From: Octopus sinensis
Lineage: Eukaryota
Assembly (NCBI RefSeq): GCF_006345805.1
Contig: NW_021824499.1
Span: forward strand, 1-18,367
Direction of reading: 5' to 3'
Length of the DNA stretch: 18,367 bases
Shown here: piece by piece, positions 1 through 10,010 of the stretch
Position numbering within the stretch: the first letter of the stretch is position 1
Layout: each line of letters begins with the position of its first letter
Notes under the pieces: model-generated
What the model was told of the DNA's origin: nothing
Databases searched by the model: none
The model's input: the letters and a program-made list of their open reading frames with translations, nothing else
Made by a program: the position numbers and the translations under genes

Positions 1-545
1 AGATTTACTTTCCACGGGTACTAGACATAGAATACCATGACGAGTTACTGGTAGGAAATTAGATATCGAATTAATGTGTCTGGATCTCATGCGGTCACGG
101 TGGACCTTGTCGTGTCTCGAAGAAACAGCGAAGAGAGACCGATTTAAGCAGGGATGCACGCTTAGATAGACGATGTGCTACTAGCGACCTCCCGCGTGTT
201 ATTTTGAAGTTATGCATAGTAAATTAGCAAAGGGAGAGTTAATCATGTTCGCCTGGAATTTTCTGAAATATTTTAGATTGTTCGAGAATGTTCGATCAGG
301 AGAGATAACTGTCGATGACTCCCAACGAATATTTTGTGGGCTTGCGAATCTACCTACAAAATAAATGATTGTCACAGGTGTATTGAAAGTGGTGGTGGGT
401 GGGGTGGAGGGATAGAAAGAAGCCTCAGAAGAAGGACGAAAGCATGGGAGAGAAAGAGGAATAACGAGAAAGAGTGAAGAAGTTAAAGAGAAATTTTAAC
501 AAATAAGGAAAAGTAAAAAAAATATTAGATAGAAGTCTATGGATA

Positions 546-633
546 CAGACAGACACAGACAAACAGGCAGGCAGGCAGGCAGGCAGACAGACAGACAGAT
601 AGTCAGACAAATATGGATAGATGGAAGAAAGTG

Positions 634-702
<69 letters not shown>

Positions 703-820
703 AAGAGAGAGAAAGAGACATATAGACAAGCAGAAAGAGATAAATAGACATATAGCCACGCAAACAGACAGACACACACTCAGTCCGAGTCGACTTAGAT
801 TGACAGACAGATAGATAGAT
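546..820. repeat. Compound microsatellite (GACA)n/(GGCA)n/(GA)n/(GATA)n
   Basis: Directly visible tandem 2-4 bp units; these explain the low-complexity ORFs 425..775, 496..777 and 539..814. Confidence 0.95.
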
Positions 821-991
821 ACGAAAAGTAAATAACTTTATAAATTGCTATAATGTACTCTAGAACATATATGCATGTAGTCTTTTTAACGAACACACTG
901 TTTTTACAACCACTTGTTTGTTCAATATAGCCATAGACAGCGAAAGAGAGAGAACAGCTGTACATGTGTTTCGGTTCTTGCTAGAATACCT

Positions 992-1673
992 AACAACATG
1001 CATAAGATCTGGTCATCAAATCTAAGTAGAGACTTCAAACTTGAAATCTTCAAAGCCACAGTTGAACCAATTCTACTATATGGCTCAGAAACCTGGACGT
1101 TATCAAAGAGGCTTGAGAGGCGGTTGGATGGAACCTACACTCGCCTCCTTATGAGAGCTCAAAATCTCTCGTGGAAGCGCCATCCAACTAAAATGCAAAT
1201 ATATGGGAAATTACCACCTGTGTCCTCTCTTGTGAAAGGTAAGAGAGTCCAGTTTGCTGGACATTGTTGTAGAGCTGGAAAAGAGGTAATTTCTACTATT
1301 CTCCTCTGGAAGCCATCTACTCGCAATACCAGAGGGCGCACACTCTCCTACCCTGATGTAATCTCCAGGGATACAGGAATCCAGCAACCAAAATGCAAAT
1401 ATATGGGAAACTACCACCTGTGTCATCTCTTGCGAAAGGTAGGAGAGTCCAGTTTGCTGGACATTGTTGTAGAGCTGAAAAAGAGGTAATTTCTACTCTT
1501 CTCCTCTGGAAGCCATCTACTCGCAATACCAGAGGGCGCACACTCTCCTACCCTGATGTAATCTCCAGGGATACAGGCATCCAGCAACAGGCCCTCCGTA
1601 ATGCCATGATGGACCGTGAAGTCTGGCGTAGCATGGTAAATTCCATTGTCTCGACCACGGTCGAATAATGATG
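992..1673 (+). mobile_element. 5'-truncated RTE-clade non-LTR retrotransposon (LINE) 3' end, frameshifted by an internal 200-bp duplication
   Basis: Translation KIWSSNLSRDFKLEIFKATVEPILLYGSETWTL...QFAGHCCR...AMMDREVWRSMV resembles the post-RT C-terminus of RTE-like LINEs (LLYGSETW, GH, DR..W motifs). Stop at 1666-1668 is followed by a short TGATGA tail. A perfect 9-bp TSD AGAATACCT lies at 983-991 and 1674-1682. Confidence 0.88.
1185..1588 (+). repeat. 200-bp tandem duplication inside the LINE
   Basis: 1189-1388 versus 1389-1588 differ at 8 positions; CAAC occurs at the junctions (1185-1188, 1385-1388, 1585-1588). Confidence 0.95.
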
Positions 1674-1777
1674 AGAATACCTTCATACCTTCAGCAAACC
1701 ACGAACACGCTATTTATAAAACTACATATATTAGGAATTAAAATAAACTGTATAATCAATTTGTATATTTTAATACT

Positions 1778-1925
1778 CAGAGCTGGGTGTAAATTCGTTA
1801 ATCGTTAATTAACGAAGTCAACATTTTCGTTAACGATTTAACTTTTAAGTTAACTTTGAAAACCATTATCGGACAAATTGACTTCCGTTACATTTAGCTT
1901 CTGTTAACTCAAGTCCGTTAACCCC
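1778..1925 (+). mobile_element. Putative DNA-transposon (hAT-like) left end with GTTAA/CGTTA subterminal repeats
   Basis: Starts CAGAGCTGGG and is followed by a dense cluster of CGTTA/GTTAAC motifs; the same motifs resume at ~3113-3150. No matching right TIR or TSD found. Confidence 0.35.
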
Positions 1926-2779
1926 AAAATTTCGTAAAAACCGGTAAACGTTTAAAAGTTTCTATTGTTTTCAGATTGTTTTAGCATATTTAATATTGTA
2001 CGCGTCATTCTTTCAACCTAGATATGACGCCACTTATTATTATAAATAACTTGTAGGACCTCGTTTGGCCCTGCCTGGATTTGAAACCAAATCCATCCGC
2101 TTGTTGCTTGCAAAGACAGCGGGAAATGTCTTTGTCCTGTCAAGAGGGAACAGTGATTGATATGTTTCCACTTGATTCGTGACTTCGCTGAGGTAGATGT
2201 CAGAGAAAATATTGACTTCTATAAAGTGGGAAAAATAAATGGAAGGAAAAAAAGTTGGTAAATATTTCGGTGTGAACGCAAATAGCTGTTACATGGTAGT
2301 AGGACATGTTAGAAATAGAAGCCAAATCTTTCCTTTTCTGGAAAAAAAAGTCGCAAACGATTTCGATATCACTTTCGTTGAAAGCATGCAAAATAACATG
2401 AAAAAAAAAAAAGACTCGCGAAACTTCGAGGTCTCCACCACTGCTTTGACATCAGGAGGGAGGTTTGGGGAGGTGCTAGAAACAACAGTCAGGTCTCCCT
2501 TGAATCACACATTTTCCTGTGAAATTATTAATTTTATTTTTTAACCGAAAATGTTTCTCGCACGGGTTTTAAGTGCGTAGTGAAAAAAAAAATGGCCCAA
2601 ATCGTTTCGGACAAGGAGTGGCGGGAGTGAAAAAACTATTAAAATTTTTTCTTTTTCTTTGTGAAAAGATGCCTCCCATCATTCTGAAGACTTTGGTGAA
2701 AAACATTGGGGAAAAGATCCCCCGTCAAAATGGAGAAATTCCAACTTATATTGGCCATCTGATCCGAAACTCCGTTTTC

Positions 2780-3080
2780 CAGAAACTTCCCCCCCTCCCG
2801 CCCCCTTCCAAACATTTTGCCTACAAATTTCTTTGTAATCGTAATCTACACCGTTTGAAAGGTATTTGTATAAAATTTCATTAAAAAATACCTATTTTCC
2901 AGAAAGTAATGAAGGGGAAAATGTCGGGTCTTGTGAATTTTCTTAAACTCCTCTCCCCAACTCCTCGGAAAATTTTTTCCCAACAAATCTTTACATACAC
3001 TCAATCTACAGAATATAAGCGATTATTTGGTGAAAGTTTCATTAACTTCCATTTTATTTTTCTGGAAGTTATAAGGCAAC
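2780..3080 (+). repeat. Highly diverged ~160-bp tandem repeat (2 units), probably the interior of a non-autonomous DNA element
   Basis: Collinear anchors AATCTACA (2843/3003) and TTTCATTAA (2876/3037), plus a C-rich tract and TATTTT..GAA-GT motifs recurring at ~160-bp spacing. Confidence 0.5.
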
Positions 3081-3432
3081 AAAGTCGATGGGGTTATGTC
3101 TTTTTCAATAAATGTTAACATTAATAGGTTAACGTTAATTTCCGTTACACTTTAAGTTTTGGGATGAGTTTTTAAAGTTCAAATTCCGTCCTGTACGCCG
3201 GTATATACGGTAGATTAAATTGTTGAGACATTTCCATAAAAATCGCTACCAAGCGCAAACAAAACAAGTATGATATAGTTATTTAGGACAGAAAAATCGT
3301 GTACAGTCATAGAAGTTACTTGCTATTTAAACGTAAACCTCTGTCCCAAAATCATCAAGAAGGGGAGTATTTTATGAACAATTACTGCGAAACCTGAAGG
3401 CCCACTACCCTGATTATAAATTCACATTTATA

Positions 3433-3664
3433 AGGCGCCGAGCTGGCAGAAACGTTAGCACGGTGGGCGAAATGCTTAGCGGTATTTCGGCTGCCATTAC
3501 GTTCTGAGTTCAAATTCCGCCGAGGTCGACTTTGCCTTTCATCCTTTCGGGGTGGATAAATAAAGTACCAGTTACGCACTGGGGTTGATGTAATCGGCTT
3601 AATCCGTTTGTCTGTCCTTGTTTGTCCCCTCTATGTTTAGCCCCTTGTGGGCAATAAAGAAATA
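3433..3664 (+). mobile_element. tRNA-derived SINE, family A (full length)
   Basis: A-box-like TGGCAGAAACG, B-box GAGTTCAAATTCC, central GCCTTTCATCCTTTCGGGGT..ATAAA..AAGTACCAGTT, A-rich end. An 18-bp TSD TATAAATTCACATTTATA lies at 3415-3432 and 3665-3682. Many copies occur in the window. Confidence 0.93.
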
Positions 3665-4065
3665 TATAAATTCACATTTATACTAACAATCAATGGTGCA
3701 CTTGGTTAGGTTTCGTAAATGTCTAAAGTGACAATCTGGAAAAAGCTAGGATTTTCAAGCAAAGAATCTAGCTAACACGAACTTCACAGATGCAATCTGT
3801 AAATGGAACAGTACAAATATACAAATTCCATTTATGGAATTTGTTTCTCTGCTAGAAACTAGTTCCCTTCTTCCGGGAAGGGTTTTAATAAACTAAGTGC
3901 AAGCATACATACATTCATAAGAAGCGGGACAGTAAACACATGCAAGACATTTCTCAAGTTCAAAATGTAATACTTTTGTTAATCGACATTCCAAAGATGG
4001 AGCTTTGTATCTTTGCTAGAAACCAGCTCTTTCCTTACAGGAAGGCTTCAAATAATTTTAAAAAG

Positions 4066-4082
4066 GTGTGTGTGTATCTGTG

Positions 4083-4119
<37 letters not shown>

Positions 4120-4238
4120 ACTACGTATATATATGTATACACGTACATACATACACATAGCTCAGTGTGTATGTATATATACATACACACACACACACAC
4201 ACACACACAGCTCAGTGTGTATGTATATATACATACAT

Positions 4239-4278
<40 letters not shown>
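4066..4278. repeat. Compound (TG)/(TA)/(CA) microsatellite with a duplicated AGCTCAGTGTGTATGTATATATACATA unit
   Basis: Directly visible. Confidence 0.92.
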
Positions 4279-4279
<1 letters not shown>

Positions 4280-4407
4280 GTTGTGGTGTTTGTGTGTGTG
4301 TGGCTGGCTTCCATTTGCAAATTTGACCAGGAAGCAAATATTACTGTAAAAGGAGTTGAGAAAAGCAAACGACGGGAAGGAACGGAAAATGCAAAAGCTT
4401 TAAAAAG

Positions 4408-4463
4408 GTCAAGTGGTTTCAGACGTCGTTTCCTGAATAATCCAGTCATTCATCAGCATTGAC
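4408..4463 (-). ncRNA. Degenerate minimal hammerhead ribozyme motif (relic)
   Basis: Minus strand reads gtcaatg-CTGATGA-atga-ctggattattcag-GAAA-cgacg-TC-tgaaac-cacttgac. Core boxes are intact, but stems I and II are out of register. Confidence 0.45.
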
Positions 4464-4500
4464 TGCATCATAAACGAATATAGATCAATCCTTTTTGTCA

Positions 4501-4572
4501 ATCGTAAGGGAAATGAAACGTCTTTTAAGAACCAGATTGTCGTTAAAAGAACATCTTAGTAATATGAAAAAA
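4501..4572 (+). pseudogene. Decayed GIY-YIG endonuclease fragment of a Penelope-like element
   Basis: Frame from 4501 reads IVREMKRLLRTRLSLKEHLSNMKK, resembling the PLE GIY-YIG segment Y(I/V)GETKRxLxxRxKEH. Hammerhead relics lie on both sides. Confidence 0.5.
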
Positions 4573-4633
4573 AAAAAAACTGGAAGAATATCACATTTAT
4601 CAGCATTAACGCAGAATTAATGTCTTCAGCTGA

Positions 4634-4666
4634 TGGCTTTTGATGATCGCTTGAAACGTCAAGCCA
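4634..4666 (+). ncRNA. Degenerate minimal hammerhead ribozyme motif (relic)
   Basis: tggctt-TTGATGA-tcgctt-GAAA-cg-TC-aagcca: perfect 6-bp stem I, core C3>T, stem II lost. Confidence 0.55.
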
Positions 4667-5019
4667 AATTCCGCCATTGCCAGTTCCAAGCTCAGTTGAG
4701 AAAGTAGGAAGGTGCAATGTCAATTTACTGCTGAAATGTCGTCAAGAGGACATATGAGACAGGTTTTGAAAAGGGAATTAGAGACTGGACATTAAGCATT
4801 GTAGTGAAAGATGTGGAAAAGCATTCTCACGCCAAGGAAGCTTGGCAAACGAAAAACAACACGGAGAAGGTCTCCGGAAACTAAATCACTGGCAAGCGAC
4901 TATATATGGTGACAACAACAATCCATTGCCGAAGATCGAGACATATGGAGATCTCTCGTTGGCGCTCTCTGTTCCACATGCAGCCAAAGGAATTAATGAA
5001 TATATGACTTTTGATTCTA

Positions 5020-5582
5020 TTGGGTTTTCCGGAAAGTTCGTGCCGATTTTAAAAGAAAAAAAAAAGGTCAATTAAAACTTGCCATTACATTTTTAATCAA
5101 CCAAATATGAGCCATTTTGTTGCACAATGCGTCTCCATCTTCCCTTTCACTTGAAAATACCCTCTTCCCAGAACTGAGGTGGTTTAATGGCAAATAATTC
5201 ACCAAGGTATCTTTTTATGTTATCCAAGAAATTGAAATTTTTACCATTAAGACTATTCTACAGAGACCTGGATTAGTGGAAATCCAAAGGAGCAATATCT
5301 GGTGAATATGGATGGCGGGGTAACACATCCCAGCCGAGCTGCTGCAATTTTTGTCTGGCCCCCAAAGCATCAAGTACCGAAAATGAACTTTATCTTCTAT
5401 TTTAAAGAGTTACAGAATTAACACAGGTTATAGGAACATAAATCTTCTTCCACGAAAAGATAGCTTAAACTGTGCTCTAAATGGAAGTGTAGTCAAATCT
5501 TATTTTATGGACTCAACCATGTTCTAAAACAAGTCGAAAGGTAAGCCACTATAAATCGGCACGAACTTTCCGGACAACCCAA
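5020..5582 (-). mobile_element. Internally deleted mariner DNA transposon
   Basis: 30-bp TIRs TTGGGTT(T/G)TCCGGAAAGTTCGTGCCGATTT (5020-5049; 5553-5582, 1 mismatch), TA duplication at 5018-5019 and 5583-5584, and transposase relic inside. Confidence 0.93.
5093..5405 (-). pseudogene. Mariner transposase relic (N-terminal stub joined to C-terminal third)
   Basis: Minus strand reads EDKVHFRYLMLW, then ARQKLQQLGWDVLPRHPYSPDIAPLDFH*SRSL*NSLNGKNF...FWEE...RWRRIVQQNGSYLVD*. YSPDIAPxD is the mariner YSPDLAPxD motif; in-frame stops are present. Confidence 0.9.
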
Positions 5583-6189
5583 TATTTCAGATCAGGCTTA
5601 TCTAGCACAAATGACAAGAGTTTGTTATTATGAGCGTCAATTAAACGCAGTTTATTCACGTACGTTTCGAGTTGGTGAACCTTGGATACGATGCCCATCC
5701 AGATTTCAGGAGGAATAATCAATGAACCAAGAATAAAGGATCTCCATTTGGGGTTCACTTACACCCAGTGAAGTATCGATCACACATAACTTGTTTCATA
5801 TTTTATATATGTATTTATACATAACTGTTTTTTTTAATTAGTCATGAAATAAATTTCGAAGCCTATTGAGTTATTTTTCCGAGTAAGAAGTTTGTGAATC
5901 TTTAAGAAGCAGCAAGAATTAGAAAATTATTGGTGCAATAAATCCTAGCGACACCCTGACACCCAAACCATTGTCATTTGACTAATTTAGTTGCTTTCAT
6001 CTTATAAATGTTTAAGAAAAACAAAGGGGAGAGATTAGCAAATAAGTGACTTGATCATTATTACTAGGAGATTTAGCTGTTCTTGCTGCGTGAGTGACCC
6101 TCCTTTCTCCACCTTTTAGAACAGATATCAAACTAGAAAATGTTCTGTATAAATAAATTCGTTATTTTATAACTTTTTATCTCTTAAAA

Positions 6190-6360
6190 CTCGGATAAAA
6201 TACTTAGCGTCATTTCTTCCGGCTTTACGTATTGAGTTCAAATGCAGCCGAAGTCCTCACTTTGTTATTTTATCTCTTCACAGTCGATAAAATAAATACT
6301 AGCTGAGCTTTGGGTTTGATGTATTCGACTTCCCCTTCCCTCAAAAATTTGCTGGCATTC
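6190..6360 (+). mobile_element. Old, diverged SINE family A copy
   Basis: Degenerate match: AAATACTTAGCG..., GAGTTCAAATGC, GTCGATAAAATAAATACTAG, CCCCTTCCCTCAAAAATTTGCTGG tail. Confidence 0.7.
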
Positions 6361-6533
6361 TCGACTAGTTGCTCGAAGCGTTACGTGCTTGAGGGCGCCA
6401 CGTCATACGCTTGGGATAATTCAAGAAAATACAAAAAAAAAATCATATGTGTAAAGGTGCTAAAATTCAGCTTTCCCAGGACACCAGCAAACCAGAGGGT
6501 CAGTTCTGATAACAATAACAGGTTAAAGATATC

Positions 6534-6727
6534 AGTTTCAGAATTTGGCACAAGGTCAACAATTTCGGGAAGGGGATAATTCTCAATTGGTACTTAATTT
6601 ATCGACTCCGAAAGGATGAAAGGCAAAGTCGACCTCGACGGAATTTGAACTCCGAACATAAAGAGAGACGAAATGCCGCTAAGCATTTCACCCGGCGTGC
6701 AAATGATTCAGCTAGCTTGCCCCATTG
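6534..6727 (-). mobile_element. SINE family A copy (minus strand)
   Basis: Reverse complement of the family consensus (GGTACTTAATTTATCGACTCCGAAAGGATGAAAGGCAAAGTCGACC...GGAATTTGAACTC). TSD CAGGTTAAA(G/A)ATATC at 6519-6533 and 6728-6742. Confidence 0.88.
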
Positions 6728-6778
6728 CAGGTTAAAAATATCTTAATAATAGAAGGTATAATAATATCTTGAGTTCTT

Positions 6779-7204
6779 AAGGCGGCGAGCTGGCAGAAAC
6801 GTTAGCACGCCGGGCGAAATGCTTTGTAGTATTTCGTCTGCCGCTACGTTCAGAGTTCAAATTCCGTCGAGGTCAACTTTACCTTTCATCCTTTCGGGGT
6901 CGATTAAAGAAGTACCAGTTACGCACTGGGGTCGATATAATCGACTTAATCCGTTTGTCTGTCCTTGTTTGTCCCGTCGATGTTTAGCCTCTTGTGGGAA
7001 ATAAATTAGAAACGTTAGCACGCCGGGTGAAATGTTTAGCGATATTTCGTCAGTCTTTATGTTCTGAGTTCAAATTCCGCCGAGGTTGACTTTACCTTTC
7101 ATCCTTTCGGGGTCGATAAATTTAGTACCAGTTGCGTTCTAGAGTCGATCTAATCGACGGGCCCCTCCCCAAAAATTTCGGGTCTTATGCCTAGAGTAGA
7201 AAAG
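6779..7204 (+). mobile_element. Dimeric SINE family A (two monomers with different 3' tails) inside one TSD
   Basis: Monomer 1 spans 6781-~7005 and monomer 2 ~7008-7204. A perfect 16-bp TSD AATATCTTGAGTTCTT at 6763-6778 and 7205-7220 brackets both. Confidence 0.9.
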
Positions 7205-7707
7205 AATATCTTGAGTTCTTGACAGCCACTAATTTTGGTAACAATAACTGTTCGATCACACTATCCGCTTCTAATGTATTTCGATCTGTTAAAAGCGTAT
7301 TTCAATAATTTATTTGTTTCCATCATCTTTTTTTTTATAAATGTTAAAGCAAAAAAGGAGGATGGACAAAGGCCAAGATCCATAACACTATTGAGGGAGA
7401 TTTGGCAGTTTTTTCTAGCTGATGGAGCAACTGCATTGAGGCTATGTGGCTACTGTTGGTGAACGTCAAGTGCGGGGGGGGGAGAAATTGTTGACGGCCA
7501 AAGAAAAAGTGAACCAGTTCAGTGTGGTGCGAGACTGGTCAAGCCTGAACGGTTGTACCATAAAACAAAAATTACCAATGGAGGGGAGAGTGAATAAAGA
7601 GCGAAGTCTTATAGTGAAACTAAGAATCATTTGGAAGAAACGCAAGTGATTCATCCAGACAAATGCCTGTTTATTAATGAAAACAAATAGCGTTTGTGTA
7701 TTTGAAA

Positions 7708-8006
7708 TCTTTATATATAAAACTGAAGTTGTGTGTCTGTCTCCTCCGATTTAGATTCCTAACTACTCCCACATTTTGCGGTGCAGTTTAACCAAAAGCG
7801 GGTATCTTATAGTCGTGATTCATATGGAACCCTTCTGGGTATTAGCGCGCGTCTACAATGAGTCTACGATTTAAAAAAAATTTACCATCATTTTTCCGCA
7901 TTTTTAATCTATTTTTGCTCGATTTTTATAAGGGAAGTAACTCTCTAAAAATGCTTATATAGTTATTTCCCTTACAAACCCGAGCAACGCCGGGCGACAC
8001 TGCTAG
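7708..8006 (+). mobile_element. Complete non-autonomous Helitron (~300 bp)
   Basis: Inserted between A7707 and T8007 with no TSD. 5' TC(TTTATATATAAAA), short GT/CT microsatellite, 3' GC hairpin CCCGAGCAACGCCGGG (7979-7994) and terminal CTAG (8003-8006). Confidence 0.88.
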
Positions 8007-8067
8007 TTTGATATATTGTGTAAACATAGGAGGATAGAGGAAAGTTCGTAGGTACTAAATCTTTTAG

Positions 8068-8585
8068 TTCTTTCAGTTATTGGACTACAGCCAGAGCTTT
8101 AGTCGAATAAATTGACCCTAGTGTTATTTTTTAAAGTCTAGTATTTTTTGTCTCCCTTGCTGAACCGCTACGTTACAAAGACGTAAACAAACCAGCACCG
8201 GTTGTCAAACATAACCCCCCTCCCAACACACATCCATTTAGTGTTAACTGTCGGGGAAACTACCATTGTAGAAATTAATAAAATATTTTTTTTATTTGGG
8301 TCGAGTCATTCTCTTGCTACTGTAGGATTTTCAAAAAAAAAAAAAAAAAAATGAAAGGATTGCATTTTGGAATTGGATTTCGAATTACATATAAAGCTAT
8401 AAATGGTGCCAAGTAAATATTGGGTTGAAAAATATATATACACAGTTTCCGGTTACCAAATTCACTCACGCGGCATTGGTCGGTCCGAGCTAGAGTAGAG
8501 TAGTAGAGTAGTCCAATATGCCGCGCAGTGGGATTGAACTCAAAACCACATAGTTCACTAAGCGAGCTTCTTAACCACAGTCATG
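8068..8585 (-). mobile_element. Diverged SINE family B copy, interrupted at ~8236-8431
   Basis: 8068-8235 matches the 3' part and 8432-8585 the tRNA-like head of the copies at 9215-9636 and 15349-15780. Confidence 0.75.
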
Positions 8586-8667
8586 AAACAGTAATAACAA
8601 AATAAGTTAAAATCCAACACTCGACTCTTGGAATTGTTTCCTATTTACTGTTTCTGATGTTTTTAAT

Positions 8668-8994
8668 TTTTTTTTTCTTTTTGTTCTTTCTCGTGTCATG
8701 CTTGGCTCATTAGGGCCGGTTTCCCGGTTTCCTTGGCGTATAGGTTCCCCACCTGGACGGGACGCCGGTCCGTCGCAGGTGAGCCGTCGCAGGTGAGCTG
8801 CAAGATACAGGAGGAAAGAGTAAGAGAAAGTTGAGGCGAAAGAGTCAGCAGAAGTTCGCCATTACCTTCTGCCGGAGCCGCGTGGAGCTTAGGTGTTTCG
8901 CTCATAAACACACACATCGCCCGGTCTGAGATTCGAACCTGCGATCTCTCGACCGCGAGTCCGCTGCTCTAACCACTAGGCCATGTGCCTCCAC
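8668..8994 (-). mobile_element. tRNA-derived SINE, family D
   Basis: Minus-strand head GTGGAGGCACA-TGGCCTAGTGG(A box)-TTAGAGCAGCGG...GGTTCGAATCTC(B box), A-rich tail (T-tract at 8668-8690). Probable TSD ATG(T/A)TTTTAAT at 8657-8667 and 8995-9005. Internal 14-bp duplication CCGTCGCAGGTGAG (8770-8797). Confidence 0.85.
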
Positions 8995-9214
8995 ATGATT
9001 TTAATATACTCATTTTTAATTAACAAAGCCAGTTGAAGGTGTCAACAACATTTAGGGTCGTTATATTTGCTTTCAATCCAAGAGTTGATATTATTTAGTG
9101 GTATTTTGATAACTTTTAAAACTTCTTGAAAATCTCAAACTCTCTGTCCATTATTGGTTATCATATTCGAAAATCTGTACTGACCAGAAATAAAATATGG
9201 AAAAAAAACAGGCA

Positions 9215-9350
9215 AGCATGCCTGTATAGTAAGAAGCTCGCTTCCCAACAACGTGGTTCCGGGTTCAACTCCACTGCGTGGCACTTGGGTAACTGTCTTC
9301 TGTTGTAGCTTTGGGAGTGAATTTGGTAGACAGAATCAGAAAGAACCTCA

Positions 9351-9417
<67 letters not shown>

Positions 9418-9636
9418 GTGTGTGTGTGTGCGCGTGCGCGCTTCTACAACTGCTTGATAACCGGTTTTGGTGTATTTACGTTCCCGTCACTTAGCGGCTA
9501 GACAAAAGAGACCGATAGAATAAGTACTTAAAAAAGAAAAAAATCTGTGATGGATTCGTTCGACTAAAATTTTTCAAGGCGTTGCTCCAGCATGGCTGCA
9601 GTTTAATGACTGAAACAAGTACAAAAAATAAAAATA
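9215..9636 (+). mobile_element. tRNA-derived SINE family B with internal (TG)n (CORE-like, recalled as octopus OR-type)
   Basis: Head with GGTTCAACTCC B-box, CORE-like GTGGCACTTGGGTAACTGTCTT, (TG)n at 9353-9430, 3' ...GCTCCAGCATGGCTGCAGTTTAATGACTGAAACAAGTA tail. Homologous to 15349-15780. Confidence 0.85.
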
Positions 9637-10010
9637 ACTGTTCAAGTGTGCACCTCAACAACTTTGTTTCTTCAGAACTTTCAGAAAAATAGAAATTTTT
9701 TAATGAAATTGTCTACTTTTCAAATGGTATAGATTACAATTATATCGGAATATAATGTAAAAAATAAATTGGTGCGTGTCCACACATACATACGGACACA
9801 TATCACAATCTTTTTCAAAATTTCGAGTTTCATTTTGTGGATATGTATGGGATGTGAGTCAATATGTATATGTGTACGGTCAGCAATTTCTTTTTCTTAC
9901 ATTAAATTCCGATATAATAATAATCTACACCGGCAAAAGACATAAATATTTTCCTGAAAGTTACGGGGAAACAAAATTGGAACAAGGGCTAATTTATATA
10001 TATCTTGTAA

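Noticed and set aside
1-420. Unique-looking sequence that could be an exon or regulatory region
   Set aside because: No long ORF, convincing splice-site pair or recognisable motif; cannot be supported from sequence alone.
425-814. ORFs 425..775, 496..777, 539..814
   Set aside because: Translations of GA/GACA microsatellites (SLSL, ERER); not genes.
2200-3118. ORFs 2239..2544, 2573..2884, 2909..3118 in series
   Set aside because: Short, K/F-rich from A/T tracts, no recognisable domain; lie in probable repeat sequence.
3382-3579. Recurring 'RNWY...RKDERQSRPRRNLNSER' and 'LRSEFKFRRGRLCLSSFR' ORFs (also 11872-12149, 14096-14407)
   Set aside because: Chance translations of SINE family A, not a paralogous gene family.
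3940-4462. Overlapping ORFs with YIYI/THTH runs (similar ones at 12185-13323 and 17680-18261)
   Set aside because: Stop-free dinucleotide repeats; no protein-family signature.
5759-5768. TTACACCCAG as the right TIR for CTGGGTGTAA near 1783
   Set aside because: Only a 10-bp match, terminal bases disagree, no TSD.
5656-5772. Possible minus-strand hammerhead with long stem II (GAAACGTA-CGTGAA; GTGAACC/GGTTCAC)
   Set aside because: The CUGANGA box is not recognisable (CTGGGTG) and stem I is out of register.
6364-6395. Hairpin plus CTAG on the minus strand resembling a Helitron 3' end
   Set aside because: Hairpin imperfect and no 5' end or body identified.
8915-8994. tRNA-like sequence with A and B boxes on the minus strand
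   Set aside because: No proper acceptor stem; continues into a SINE body with A-tail and TSD, so it is a SINE head rather than a tRNA gene.
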